From NCBI RefSeq assembly GCF_009914755.1, contig NC_060927.1: a stretch of 64,000 nucleotides of DNA; one strand, 5' to 3'. This document shows positions 30,906 to 45,147 of this stretch, one piece after another; positions within the stretch are counted from its first letter, which is position 1, and each line of letters starts with the position of its first letter. This DNA is from the human T2T-CHM13v2.0 reference genome, Homo sapiens. The notes below the pieces were generated by a model that was not told where the DNA came from, made no database searches, and saw only the letters and a list, made by a program, of their open reading frames with translations. The position numbers and the translations under genes were made by a program.

Positions 30906-33331
30906 AGTCAAATGACATAATGTGTTCACCACAGAACAAAGCAGCTATTCAACAAACATATATTGAATGGAGGAAATAAAGCTAAATATTGTTTTATCTA
31001 ATAAAAAACTTTTTTTGAACATTGAATTTTACATATTTAGTCCTCCAATCATGAGTTTATTTAACTAGAATTTTTAGAATCTTCAAGTATTATGATCCAA
31101 GAATCTCTCCTCTTTAGTTTCCATCTGGGCAGTAGATAGGACATGTGAACCAGTCTTGCTGGTAAAACGGAGCAAATGCTCTAGGATGGGAGCAGGAGGA
31201 GCTGGGCAGTGAGGAGAGTTCTAGGAAACAGAAGCAGCAAAACAAAGTCTTTAAGGAAAACCTGGAGCCTATTTACTAATTGGGTTGTGTCCCCAGAGTC
31301 TCCTGGGAAATGATAAAAGATGGCCTAGCCAGGCATGAGTCTATAAAAGAGTGAAGAAGGCCTTCTTTGGCTATGACTACAGGGTCAAATTCAAGTGTGA
31401 AGGGCAGCAGTAAAAAGGAACAGTTGCAGTAAACAGTGGTTGCAGGCACAAATCAACGTTAACCATCTTAAATTTGGTTTAGTTCCCTTGTTGGTCTTTC
31501 CAACTGCACAAACTATAATCACCTTTAAAGCAATTGCAAAATCTGCAAGTATTAAAAACAGACATATGACTATATCTAACGTGAGGCAGTTATATGGCCA
31601 TTTATTTTGTTATTCTTCCTCAGTAAAGCCTCGTAACAAAGTCCTTAGAATGTTAATATAAAATATTTAGAGGGGTCAAATATTTGCAGCTTTTAAGTAT
31701 TAAGATGGGAATACTTGTCCTGAAGCACCTAAAACATCATTACAAGTAAGAAAATATTGGTAAATTATTTGTCACTTAAATTGTGCAGCCTGTGGCTTCC
31801 AGAGACAATGAAAGTTGAATAGCTCTTTTTAAGCTTGTATTGGGATCATCAGTCATCTACTCACTGGTAGAAGGTAAATAAGCAGACAAATGTCCTTTGT
31901 GCTAGTACTCTCTTATCTCCTTGTTAATCTGTAATTAGTCTAGGAAGCAGCATATATGATTTGGGATCAGAATCAGTTTTATCTCCAACATTAGAATGGT
32001 AAATCTTTTCATTAACAGAAACAGTACATGGAACAGTTATTGGACTTTTTCTTATTGGGTCACATTGGATATTTATTTCAGATTGCAGTTATGCATGGAC
32101 GGGTATCATATGGTGCTTTGATGACCTTTAGAAATTCTCTTGATTAAACGCTGTTGTACTTCATTATGACATTTCTTTCCTTGTACTACCAGATTTGATG
32201 TGTATGGCTTAATAACGCAAGTAGACATGAATGTTAATAACTTCACAATTCATTGCTTTGCTATTTTTTAATGCTCATGAAATTTAGAACAAGTTTCACT
32301 GGCTGGAGGCTTACATGAATCATATAAATTAGAGGGTAACAAAAGAACATATTAGCATTTGTTAGCCTAGATGCACGAATTTTGTACTAACCATTTTAAT
32401 ATGTACTACAACTTTTCCACCCTCAAGTTAAAAAGGCTTTCAATTTTTCAACCAACATCATAATTGAATTGGTTCTCTTTCTGCCTAAGGATAATGATTT
32501 TACACTGATGGAATCTTTATTAGATTCTAAGGATTATACTGATGCTACTGGTTTTTAAAGTCAAACAACTCTACCCAGGGAAAGAGGTATTTCAGTGAAA
32601 TCATGAGCAAAAAAATGTAAAATTTGTCTTTTAGGGGTAAAATGCTTGTTTAATTATTATTGCAAAATAAGCTGAACTGGTGTCTGATAATTGATTCTCA
32701 GGAGAAATGGCCACATGCTGAGAAGGCTGTATAACCTAAAATTTCATAGAGCAAAATTGGCTCCAAACCGTGGCTATTTTTCACACTAGGTAGTGTTTTG
32801 TTGATTTTCTGATGAATGCACTTTTAAGTTGGTGGTTGAAATGTAATTTCATAAGATAGAACTTGTCTTTTGATAGCTGAGAATATTTGGTTTGGGTCAA
32901 CTTAGTTATGTCTTGAAATGGAATTTGAATGAACTTTATATCAGGTTTTAAAATATGTCACATTAGATTTTCATTCTGAATAGTATCCTGGCAATGACCA
33001 AAGATAAGGCTTCAGATCCTCCAAAATTAAAAACTCTAAAACCATACACTAGACCATAAACTAGGTAAACCTTGTATTTTTGACCAATAGATCTGAAATC
33101 TGGAAATAAGAAAATATGTAGTACATTCAAGTAATTTTGATGAGTGCTTCCATATTTTATTAGATCTCTCTGTTGCCTTTGCTTTCTGGCTTAAATTTGG
33201 GAGAAGAGTAAAAACCAGGGTTGTTGGCCATAAAAGAAGACTTGAGAAAAAAAGAGAATAGCTCAAGAAAAAGCAAATTCTATGACTTTCTTGGTTACAA
33301 CCACAGAAAGGTACTCTATCTGGACACACAT

Positions 33332-33389
33332 GCTCTCTCTCTCTCTCACTCTCTCTCACATACACACATATACACACACACTCACACAC
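33332..33389. repeat. (CT)n(CA)n microsatellite
   Basis: ctctctctctctctcactctctctcacatacacacatatacacacaca. Confidence 0.9.
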
Positions 33390-33574
33390 CAAAGTCAGTT
33401 TGAAGGAAATAGGATAATCCACAGAATGAAAAGAATGACTTTTTCTCTAAAAGGATATGAATCAGGGTAATTCTAGGTTTTGAGATAGCACTAACTAATG
33501 GCATTATTTACAGGGTCACCATTGGAATAAATCAGTTTGAACCCTTTATTTTGTCCTCTACAACTAATCTAAAT

Positions 33575-33783
33575 ATTTAAATCCCAAGGAGAAAGAATCT
33601 AATTGACTTTGGTTGGGCCCAGTCCCACTTCTGGCCCAGAGTACAACATGGCATTTTGACTGATCCCATCAGCACAGCATGCTATGGAGACGGGGTAGTT
33701 CAAAAAGGGAAAATCAGGCTTATGTTGTCAGAAATAAAAGATAATAGATACACAACAGCCTAAAACTGCTGGTGTATACTACA
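33575..33783 (-). mobile_element. Old MLT1 LTR fragment
   Basis: aaatcccaaggagaaagaatctaattg...aagggaaaatcagg..tgttgtcagaa...tactaca. Confidence 0.55.
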
Positions 33784-33934
33784 TAAAGGACATTAGACTA
33801 GTGGTTTCCATCCTGAGGCCCCTGTTAACACTGGGAAGTACTGCACTCCCTTTGGTTATTTTAAGGGTTTAATAGAAACTGTGTAATAAATGACAGTAGT
33901 GACATTTAAGAAAAACAAGATGTTGAATATTGGG

Positions 33935-34515
<581 letters not shown>

Positions 34516-35184
34516 ATTGAACATTTTGGTTATTTTCATTATTGGATTTGTTTTTCTTTTTTTTAAGATGAAATGACCTGATTCTGCATGGAGATACTTT
34601 TCATTTCATTCCAATCAACAATCCTGGGGCACTACTTTTCACTGGTTAATGCAACTTTGAAAAACAATTAAGCTTTACTTGCACTTTATAACACACATAA
34701 AAAAAACTTGGGGAATAAGTGGCTACCATATGAATATAGTAAATAATCACAAAATAATAAAAAAGCATCTTCCATGATGAAATGTTTGGAAAGCCCCATT
34801 TTAAGGTAGCCATCAGCCTGTTTTCCACCCAAAGGACTGAATTGCTTAAAGCAAGGAAGGATCAGAGAGTGATGCGGCATCAGGACTGCCAGAGGCAGCT
34901 GGCTAAGAATTCTCAAGTTTTCACTGAGGGCCCCTAAGACAACAGTCCCTGCTTTATTGGCCTGTTTCTATTTTGAGGGAATACAGTTCACTCAGACAGG
35001 AAGTTCAGCAGAACAACTCAGAAACACAGGAATGCATTATTTGTTATTTAACAAGTATGCATTTAGTAGCTACCGCACTCCCAGAATTATGCTAGGAACT
35101 GATAATTAAACAGAGAGCAAAATAGATATTTCTGAGTATATTATAACTTCTATGACTCCTACACAAAGTTATTACCTGGTAAGT

Positions 35185-35395
35185 TAGATGCAGTGTGGTA
35201 GAATGGTTTAGAATGTAGGCTCAGGGGTTGATTACTTGTGTTCAAATCTTGGCCTCACCACCTATTTATTAACTTTCTTGGTCTGCCTCACTTTCCTAAT
35301 CTGAAAATGGGAATAATAATAGCATTCACTATTCTCGAGATTCAACAAAATGACAAAAGTAAGAATATAAGTGACTTTCTTACCGTGGCGCTAAG
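35185..35395 (+). mobile_element. MIR
   Basis: gcagtgtggtagaatggtttagaatgtaggctc..gttcaaatcttggc..tttcctaatctgaaaatgggaataataatag. Confidence 0.8.
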
Positions 35396-35399
35396 ACTG

Positions 35400-36175
35400 T
35401 GAGATATGTCATAAGAACAGGAAAACCGGATTGAATAGAACAGAAGTAATAAGTGCGAAACTGTCTGGAGGGAGAGATCAGACCATACAAGACTTTTTTA
35501 GGCCATAATTTGGAATTATGTTTTAAGAGTAAAGGGAAGAATTGAAAGAGTTTTAAGCTAAGTGAGGAAATTGCCAACTCATATATGCTTATTATAAACA
35601 TGATTTGGGTTGGATATGGTGGCTCACACCTGTAATTTCAACACTGGGAGTCTGAGGCAAGAGGATCCTTGAGCCCAGGAGTTTCAAACCAGCCTGGAAA
35701 CACAGGAGACTCCCATCTCTACATATTTTTTTTCTTTTTTAAATTAGCCAGGTGTGGTGGCCCGTGCCCGTACTCCCAGGTTCTCGAGTACAGAGAGGCT
35801 GAAGTGGGAGGATCGCTTGAGCTCACAAAGTCAAGGCTGCAGTAAGCCATGATCATGCCATTGCACTTCAGCCTGGGTGACAGAGTTAGACCCTGTCTCA
35901 AAAAAATAAAAATAAAATAAAATAAATAAAATAAAAACACAATTCTGTCTGTAGTGTGAAAAATTGGGAAGATGGAATTCAGAGTTGTTAAAGGGAGATC
36001 AGGTAGGAGACTCAATAGTCAAAACAAGACATGATGATAATCATATTGATGGATTGTAGAGAAGAGATTATACAAAAATGTAGGAAATATGATAGATAGG
36101 ACTTGATTTATTCAGTGGGTGGGGAGAGACTATCAGGTGTGTGGAAAAGTTCTCAGGCATCTGACAGGAACTACC
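35400..36175 (-). mobile_element. L2 fragment split by AluJ
   Basis: tttggaattatgttttaagagtaaagggaag..gagttttaagc; taggacttgatttattcagtggg. Confidence 0.65.
35608..35935 (+). mobile_element. AluJo/Jb with (AAAAT)n tail and T-rich linker
   Basis: ttgagcccaggagtt, ggaggatcgcttgag and gtcaaggctgcagt are J-type diagnostics. Confidence 0.92.
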
Positions 36176-36192
36176 AATGGAACCATGAACTA

Positions 36193-36490
36193 GAACGCAG
36201 TGGACATCTGCTCATTTTCTCTATCAGCATTAATTCCACTTTATTTATCATAAATGTACCTACATTTTTCTCTCAGGAGCCAACTCCTTCTTCATTCAGC
36301 CCAAGAGTGGATCATATGACTTTGGCTTAAACCAATCAGATGATCACATCTTAGCCTTGGCAACTGTCAAGGGATACCCATGAAACCCAATAAATATCGT
36401 CTTTCTGAGACTTCTAAGAAACTCTTTTATTCCTGCTACACCAGATGTAAACCTTAGTGGTTGTATATTATGGAGTTGTTATAGTATTTT
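36193..36490 (+). mobile_element. Old MLT1 (K/L-like) LTR fragment
   Basis: gcagtggacatctgctcatttt...catatgactttggcttaaaccaatcag. Confidence 0.5.
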
Positions 36491-37329
36491 TTGTCTATTG
36501 AAAATTAATCACTGAAAGCTAGCAAAGATTTTGGGGGAAAAATATACACATATGAACAACAAAACCATTATGTAATAAAGTGACTAACCTAGAAAAACCA
36601 AGCCAGACACTTGTGCATAGGTCTTATAACTGAAATCGCTTTAATAGAATGAATGCTCAGTAAATGATGCTTGACACTGCTCACAGATTAAATGCACACA
36701 AGGCCTTCACCTAAGACCAAACCCTAACCAGCTAACCGAAAGCCTCTACTTCCATTAAAGTCTTCAGAATTCTCTGGAGAGTCTCTATTAAGTCACTGAG
36801 CTCTTTATCCTTCACAAAATCATTAGATTTAATTAAATGTAATAATGATACAATTAAACTATAATTTAAGTAAGTAGTTGAGTTCTAAAGCATAGGAATC
36901 ATGATTGAAGATTTAGATCCCTATCTACATAAAATATCTACCAATAAAATATCCAAAAGTACCATCTTCTAAAATTGAACTTTGATAATAGGCTAGGCTC
37001 TACACTAGGTATATTGCATCATTTTCTTATTTATTATCCCCAGTGTATTTTTCAGGTATGCATCATTAACCCTACTTTCAAGTCAAGGGACCAAGGTATA
37101 GCATTAACTTGCTGAGCTTGGAGTCAATTCTGAGCCTATCTGAATTAAGCCATCAGACATTTTCTACTGCCAGCCCTTATTCTAAGTATAGATATCTTTT
37201 GGTTATATTTGTATTTTTGATAATGAGTTTTTTTTGATAATGAGTTTTTTAATTGCCTATAAGCTCGAATTCGGCAATATGTTAGAAAAGATTTAGTTCT
37301 CATACTATTTGAGGCAGCCAAGTTAATTC

Positions 37330-37610
37330 TAGAAATATTTCCTAAATGGTTGAATGTGATCAACTCATTCTAAGGATGTCTACCTCAATGTAATTTAGAA
37401 TAGTAAAAAGTCAAAAAGGAAATAAATATCCAAAGTAGAATTAAATAAATCAAGTTTTGCTTAATTACATAGTGGAATACTTCAAAGCAATTAAAAATAT
37501 TTTCATAGAGGAATATTTAATAATATGGAAAATGTTTATGATATATAAAATGAAGCAGAACACTAAAAATTATGTATAATATACCATATAATCCTGTTTT
37601 AATGTATAGA
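37330..37610 (+). mobile_element. L1ME 3' fragment
   Basis: aaggatgtc..aatagtaaaaa..tggaatactt..gaatatttaataatatggaaaatgtttatgatat. Confidence 0.6.
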
Positions 37611-40313
37611 CACAGATTTTTGGTTACCACTAAATAAAGGCATTTTGGGAATTTCTTTGCAAAAGCTATTGTAACTAGAAGAAATAGGAAGTGAGCTTAA
37701 GCATAAAAGATGAATGTATTACAAGAATCTAGGAGTATCACAATGAAGTTGAGAGTGCAAGTACAATTGGGCCTCATGAGGGATGGGAATTAGAAAATGG
37801 AAAGCCTTCAGAAAACAAAGTAGTTATATTATTGGACTCTTCCTCTTTCCTCAAGGCATCCTAGTCAACTCTTCTGCTTCTCTGAAGACCTGCTTTATTA
37901 TCTTCCCTTGACTGACATTCTTTGTTTCTGGGTACACATTGAAGATGTTGAATACCCCTGTATACCCAGGTTCACATGTTCTCACTTCCAGCAATCAGGA
38001 GGACTGACTAGCAATTCTGATTTCAAAAATGACAAGTATATTACTGGTTTACCTTGAGTCAAGTATCAACCCTGGTTCAGTAAATGGTGACCATGGGGAC
38101 TAGGTCACAAAGTTAGTGCCAGCTCCAGTGATTGGGGCTGGGAGGTCAGGGTCTGGACAATTACCCCACACAAAATTATTTTCTTGTTTTTGCGCTTGTA
38201 TGCTTTTCTGAATTGTTTAATGTGAACACATTCCTCGTTTGTACTAATGTAAAATAAGACGTTATCAAAAATAAATTTGTCTTTTAGGTTGAGAGAAGCA
38301 ATGAAGATACCAAATGAGCCTACCTATGCAAATAACAGAACCATGGGTTAGTTATATCCTGCTAAAAATATCATTTGAGGTAGAGAATACTCTAGCTGGG
38401 AACTCAATACAAATATTCGTGCATCACTATGCTCTCTACCCCTATATGTTTTATTGAAGATCCTCAAGTCGTAGTAGATTATCTATTGGGAGAAGGAAAG
38501 CTCAGATTTGGGGCCCAAGCGTGCAAAGGAACATATTGGGAGGATTGGGAACCCCAGCTTCATTTGTTACCCAAGAAAAGACAGGTAAGGGAAACAGAGG
38601 AAGCATGATGTGATGTAACTTTCACTACACTCCAGGAGATGAGTGGAGAGGAGTATGACCCACCGTTAGGAAGTCACTCACACCCACTGATTTTTAATTA
38701 TGTAAAATGAATCAAGTTGAACCAGACATCATCTATAGCTCTTAAAAAAAACACAGTTCTAAATATTTGGTAAGAGTAATTCATAAAATAATGAGCTTCA
38801 AATATTAACTTGGTTGTTTACAACAGCTAAAATATACCTTTAAGCTATTTTGGCCTGTGTACTACAAAGGGATTTTCAATATTTGAGATCATGGTCATTT
38901 ATTACAGAATAGGCCTTGTCATTCAGCTATGCAGTGCACTGCTATTTTAATGGGTTTTTAAATCCTCCTTCATGGTTCATTAACATGGATGGACATAACT
39001 GCAGAGGTCATAAAGCACAATAGCTTTTCTACACTTAGTTGATAAATAGGTCAATCAGCTTACCTCATAGAGAGAACAACATTCCAGATAAGCACAAATT
39101 GAAATTCACACACAACTAATTGTATTTGGGATGACCAATATGTCAACTCAAATATAATGTCCATACATTAAACTATTATCAACTATATGAAACTGCCTTT
39201 CCATTTTGGTTTCCTCTGGCTGCATGCTCCAATGCCCTCATGAAGAAATCTTCAAATATCTTTCAGTTGGAGAGATAGAGAGGGTAAGAAAACATAGTTT
39301 GCATATGCAAGAAATTATATCTTCATCCAAAACGTTGTTAGCATGAACTAATTCTCAATATGTCATAGTGATTATTCTATACTGCTTTTTCTACTGCCCA
39401 CTGCATGATATTATTTTAATTTAAGGTCAGCTTGGTTCTTTTTTTAAAAATATCTGCTACATACCATAAATGCACTTGAATTCCTTTCCTGATAATCAAA
39501 AGTCTGTCAAAAGGTTGGCTGGCATTCAACTCTGATACACTGTTTGACGTCATTCAATAATGTGTTGCAAACTGAACAAACAAGTGTTACTCTTTAGTCT
39601 ACAATATATGTCAAAATAAATGGCTATTTCAGATCTAGTTTTCACTCAGTGACATTTCTATATGGTGTCATGCTTTTACTTATCGACCTTAACTTCCTTG
39701 AATGAGGAGCCTCAAGACCAAATATTAGCTCTATTGTTCGCCAGCCTATTTTTAACAAGTTGTCAAATCCAGAGATCCATTCAAAACAATCCCGTGAAAC
39801 AGACTGCCATGCCCCATCTACTAAATTGCTTTAATTATCTTCAGCATCATTGGTACTAAGATGAGACCCTGTCTTCAAGTTTTTTATTTCATTAACCTCA
39901 GTTTACATTTCTATATAACGGGTTTTTTTTTTTTTTATCATAGCTACAGGTTTCTGGATTTTTTAACGCACATTAACAAGGTTATGTCTTGGGATCATCT
40001 GAAATCATTAGGCTACTTAAATAGCCTAGGATTATTTACAAGTTTTCTTCATAACTTGCTTTATAGACTTTATTGTGGAGGCTTACAAAGGAAAGGATTA
40101 AAAAACTAAATTAGATGGATTTATGCTAGGCACTTAACTTCAATGCCAAAGTCTTCTGACAAATAATGCAACATTACTTCACCAACTTAGCCTGAATTTC
40201 TGTTTTTCTTAATTTCCTCTCCTAGCGCAGTTTGTGATAGTTAATGTGACAGATACTCAGTTACATCAATTATTCCTTTTTTCCTTAAAAGATTTTATAG
40301 ACTTCCTTTGTAA

Positions 40314-40647
<334 letters not shown>

Positions 40648-41084
40648 TCTTCATGCTTCTTATATATTATTTTTGTAAGTGGATCATGGTGGTAAGAAGA
40701 GAAAAGGTGCCTATTTGAAACTTTGGAATCTTAAACTAAAAAAAAGGAAGAATAATTTACATGGAAGTACCAAATATGAAGCAACTATGTCCAGTTCTAC
40801 TCCATTCCTCATCCTATCCCCAAGGACACAGAATCAGTTACTTTTGATCATTTTAATCTTAGCTCTTTTAATGACTACTTCCAAGTGTCAAGTACGTGTC
40901 AAGTACCAAGTAGTACATTTATACTGATGTTGCTAGATTTATCAATGTCAAACAATATCAAATATCTAGTTAAAATATAAGAATGTAGCTCATTTGTTTC
41001 TTCTCTCATCTTCTCACCAACATGTAAGCCACACCATTAAGAGTATATCTAAGCCCATCTTTACCATCAGTGCCCAATCAGCTC

Positions 41085-42150
41085 ATTGATTCATTTATCT
41101 GGTAATATGTATTCAACAATGACAATGTGATCAATTCATCTGATAACATGCATTGAACAACTACAATGCAATCAAACCTTTTATAGGTGCTGGGAAAATA
41201 GCAGTGTACTGAATACAATACACCCCGCCCTCATAGAACTTCCATCCTGATGAGAAGGAGGAGAAAACAGACAATAGATATAATACAACAGGTGTTGATA
41301 ACAGCTAAGAATAAAGAAGTGAGGACAGTGTAAGGAGCTGAGAGGGACTAAGAGCTACCTAACAGAGGGTCATCCAAGAAGGCCTTTTAGATAGGGTAAG
41401 GCCTTTTCGATGCCTTTGGCAGAGGTTGGAAGATAAAGAAGGAGTGAGTCATGACAATATCAGAAGGAATATGAAGAACTACAGCAGAAACTGTTAGCCG
41501 TTGGTCTGCTGAAGGACTGGCAAAAAAGCCAGTGCAGATGAGGTACAGTGAGTGTAAAGAGAGTGGTGGAAGATGAGAGAGTTTGGGACAGTGGACAGGG
41601 ACAGGGTTATATTGTAGATGATGTAGAGTCAAAATGAAGGAGATGTAAACTGAGTGAGATGGGTTTGCAGCAGCTTCATGTATCAGGATAAACAGAGACT
41701 GACATATCATCACACACCATGACCAGAGCCTGAGCTATCCCATCATGGCCTATGTGTTACATAAGCAACACTAGATTTCTTCTAATAATATCATACTGTT
41801 CTTAACAATGCTATGGAAGATTCACTGGAGTGGGGACAATGCAGTGATGAGAATAAAAGATGAGGAATGTATATTAATCTATGTGAGGTAGAAAAAAGCT
41901 TTGCACTAAGGCAGTGTACCAAGAAAAGTAGACAGACTTGAAATAAATTTCCAGAGAGAAATTGGTGGCTATTTAAATGTGAGGCTTAAAGGAGAAGTAA
42001 GACAAGACACTGATTCCAAAGCATCTAGGTATTGAAGGAAATAAAGAGGTTCAGTTGAAAAAGTCAAGAGAGATGGCACGTTTGCTGAGGTTTTAAAAAA
42101 GTTCATTATTGGACAACTTATGTTTTAGGTACTTGTTGGGTATTTGTTAT
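41085..42150 (-). mobile_element. L2 3' region
   Basis: cattgattcattt..taggtgctgggaaaatagcagtg..gccctcatagaacttccatcct..; purine-rich antisense L2 through aagttcattattggac. Confidence 0.75.
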
Positions 42151-42777
42151 CAGAACTATTATACAGTGTGAAATCCTTCATTACAGGGGGAGTGTTTTTT
42201 AAAAAATTCTTCTTTAGAATTTAGTGTGTGTTAATATTTGTTGGATTAATGGGTCTTAGTCAGTTTTCTTCAATTAAAAATAATTGAGTTGTTCATTTTG
42301 AAAAGGTGATAAGCTTAATACTAAAGGTTATATGTCAGCAAGTTGACAGTAATTGGCAGAACTCTTCCGGTCATTTACAACCTCTAACTAGTAGACACGT
42401 GACTTTAATATTCCATATCCTGTTGCGACATTTTATTTCACTCAAATAATATTTGAGGACCTATAATTTGCTGGATGCTATACCAGGTACAGGAACAAGA
42501 TATTGTTTCAGTCCTATTCTGTGACCACAAGAAATGGTTTCCGTACTATTCTGTGATGGCAACATATTTCTTTTAATACATTACAAAAGGATGAATCACG
42601 GCTCTACTAGCTACTGACTAAGCACTTTTTAAGAAGTACAAGAAAGGGCAATTTTAAAGTCATTTCCACTATTCTCTTTAATGTCATTAAATTTTTAAAA
42701 CTTTAAAACCATTCCTCAGTGGGAAGCTTTCAAAAATTATTTTCCTTTCCTTCATTCTCTTGTACAAGGATTCACAT

Positions 42778-42960
42778 CAAGGTCTGCAAATCCATGGCAT
42801 CTTCCTTTTCCCACCCATGACAGAAATCACAAAGCTATCATAGACCACTTTCCAAATGAACCCTGGTATAACTTCAGAAATGTTTTTAAAGAAGGACACA
42901 AGATAGCTGCAAACAACAGTTTATTTTGAGTATATGAGATGGAAATTCATTGCCATCCAA
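42778..42960 (-). mobile_element. MER112-like hAT MITE
   Basis: gcaaatccatggca..cccatgacagaaatcac..tgagatggaaattcattgccatcc. Confidence 0.55.
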
Positions 42961-42974
42961 GTTTGAACAACTGC

Positions 42975-44165
42975 TTAACAAAAGAGGATGTGAAAATAGG
43001 CTACATACCCATGAGAAAAGACACAACTCTATTAGTCATTAGGAAAATGGAAATTAAAGCCACAATGAGAGACCAGAGGCACAATAAATAACTCTGACAA
43101 TACCAAGTGTTGGTGAGGATGTAGAACAACTGAATTTGTCACTGTCAATTGTTTCAATTTTAAATTGATTCAGCCACTTGGGAAAACTGTTTGACAGTAT
43201 CTACAAGAGCTGAATCTATGCATCTCCTAGGGTTAAACTGACTTGAAATGTGTCTGTATATACACCAAAAGATATGTAAAAGAATTTTCATAGCAGCACT
43301 ATTCAAAACAGCCAAAAATTTAGAAATGACTTGATATGGTTTTGCTGTTTTCCCACCCAAATCTCACCTTGAATTGTAATAATCCCCACGTGTCAAGGGT
43401 GGGGCCAGATGGAGATAATTGAATCATGGGGACTGTTCCCCCATACTGCTCTCATGATAGTGAATAAGTCGCATGATATTGATGGTTTTATAAATGGGAG
43501 GTCCCCTGCACAAGCCCTCTTGCCTACCTCCATGTGAGACATGACTTTGCTCTTCATTTACCTTCTCCCATGATTGTGAGGCCTCCCTGGCCATGTGAAC
43601 TGTGAGTCGACTAAACCTCTTTCCTCTATAAATTACCCAGTGTCAGGTATTGTCTTCACTAGCAGCATGAGAGAAGACTAATACACAACCCAAATGCCCC
43701 TTTCACTAAATGAATAAATAACATTTTTACATTCATTATTAAATACATTATACCTAGATAATATCATACTATACATAATGAGAACAAACAAACAAAACTA
43801 CTTGCAGCATGGAGGAATGTCACAAGCATAGTATTGAATGAAAGGAGCTAGAAAAAATGGAAAAAAGGAATACAGGATATAAGATTTTATCTATGTGAAG
43901 TTTAATAAACTTAATAAAGTTTAAACTTAAAAGTGTAATAAAGTTTAATGAACAAAGCTAACCTATGGTGATAGACATTACATAGTAGTCACTGTTGAGA
44001 GGTTGTGACTAGGGAAGGATGTCACGGTTGATGAGAGCTACTAATGTTCTAGGTGATGGTGACATGAGTGTGCTCATTTTGTGGAAAAATGAATTGAGCT
44101 GTAGTCATATAATTTGTATGCTGTACCACATGCATGCTATTGTAAATAAATTTACTTAAAAAACT
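42975..44165 (+). mobile_element. L1MC/MD/ME 3' region split by THE1C
   Basis: attagtcattaggaaaatggaaattaaagccacaatgag..tgacaataccaagtgttggtgaggatgtag..ttcatagcagcactattc. Confidence 0.85.
43332..43685 (+). mobile_element. THE1C-like MaLR solo LTR
   Basis: tgatatggtttt..cccacccaaatctcaccttgaattgtaataatcccc..gactaataca; 354 bp. Confidence 0.9.
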
Positions 44166-44809
44166 AAATACTCTTCAGCAACCTTGAAATCCTACCAACT
44201 TTGGATTTTCTTTCCCCATATGAACATCTAGCTTTCATGATGAGACATTGCTATAATCCACTGCAAGAAAGTTTAAAAATAAAATTTTAGCTCCTTTTAA
44301 ATAAACTCAGTTTTCCAGTAAAATTAATTTTCTTCCTCCTTTAAATGGGCTCTCTTTACTATTATTTTACTTGATTTTATCTTCATGTCAAAATTTTATT
44401 GCAAAAATCTTTTTTAAAATAAGCTGAGTACAATTTTGGAATAAAATACTTTCAAAAAGAATAATGTATTCAATTCTTAACACTATGAGTCTGAGCATTT
44501 ATTACAACACATTCATGAGCTGCAAAAAGAGCAAACTAAATAAAAATACACAGCATTCAGTTACCTTTTTTCGAATACTCTTTATTCTTATTACTTGTAT
44601 AATTTGTTTCTTTTCAAACACTTTCCATACTGAGTCTTCTAAAACATTTGTTATTTTTGGCTGATTATCATTATTTGGATGATAAATATAAACATGTAGC
44701 ATTTATTTGGTAAGTTCTCAGTTTCCCTTACATCATTTTTTGTATGTAAACTTGTTAATTCAGCCAGTAGCTTTGCACACACAAAATTAAAAACTGTTAA
44801 AAAGAGACT

Positions 44810-45147
<338 letters not shown>

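Noticed and set aside
39058-39290. Splice-like motifs on both strands (minus-strand AG|GTAAGC; plus-strand 17-nt micro-exon)
   Set aside because: No convincing partner site or recognisable peptide; such motifs are frequent by chance.
40885-40916. 11-bp tandem duplication gtgtcaagtac (similar short duplications at ~37215-37250, ~41095-41175 and ~61745-61805)
   Set aside because: Ordinary slippage duplications with only two units; no spacer structure, so not CRISPR-like.
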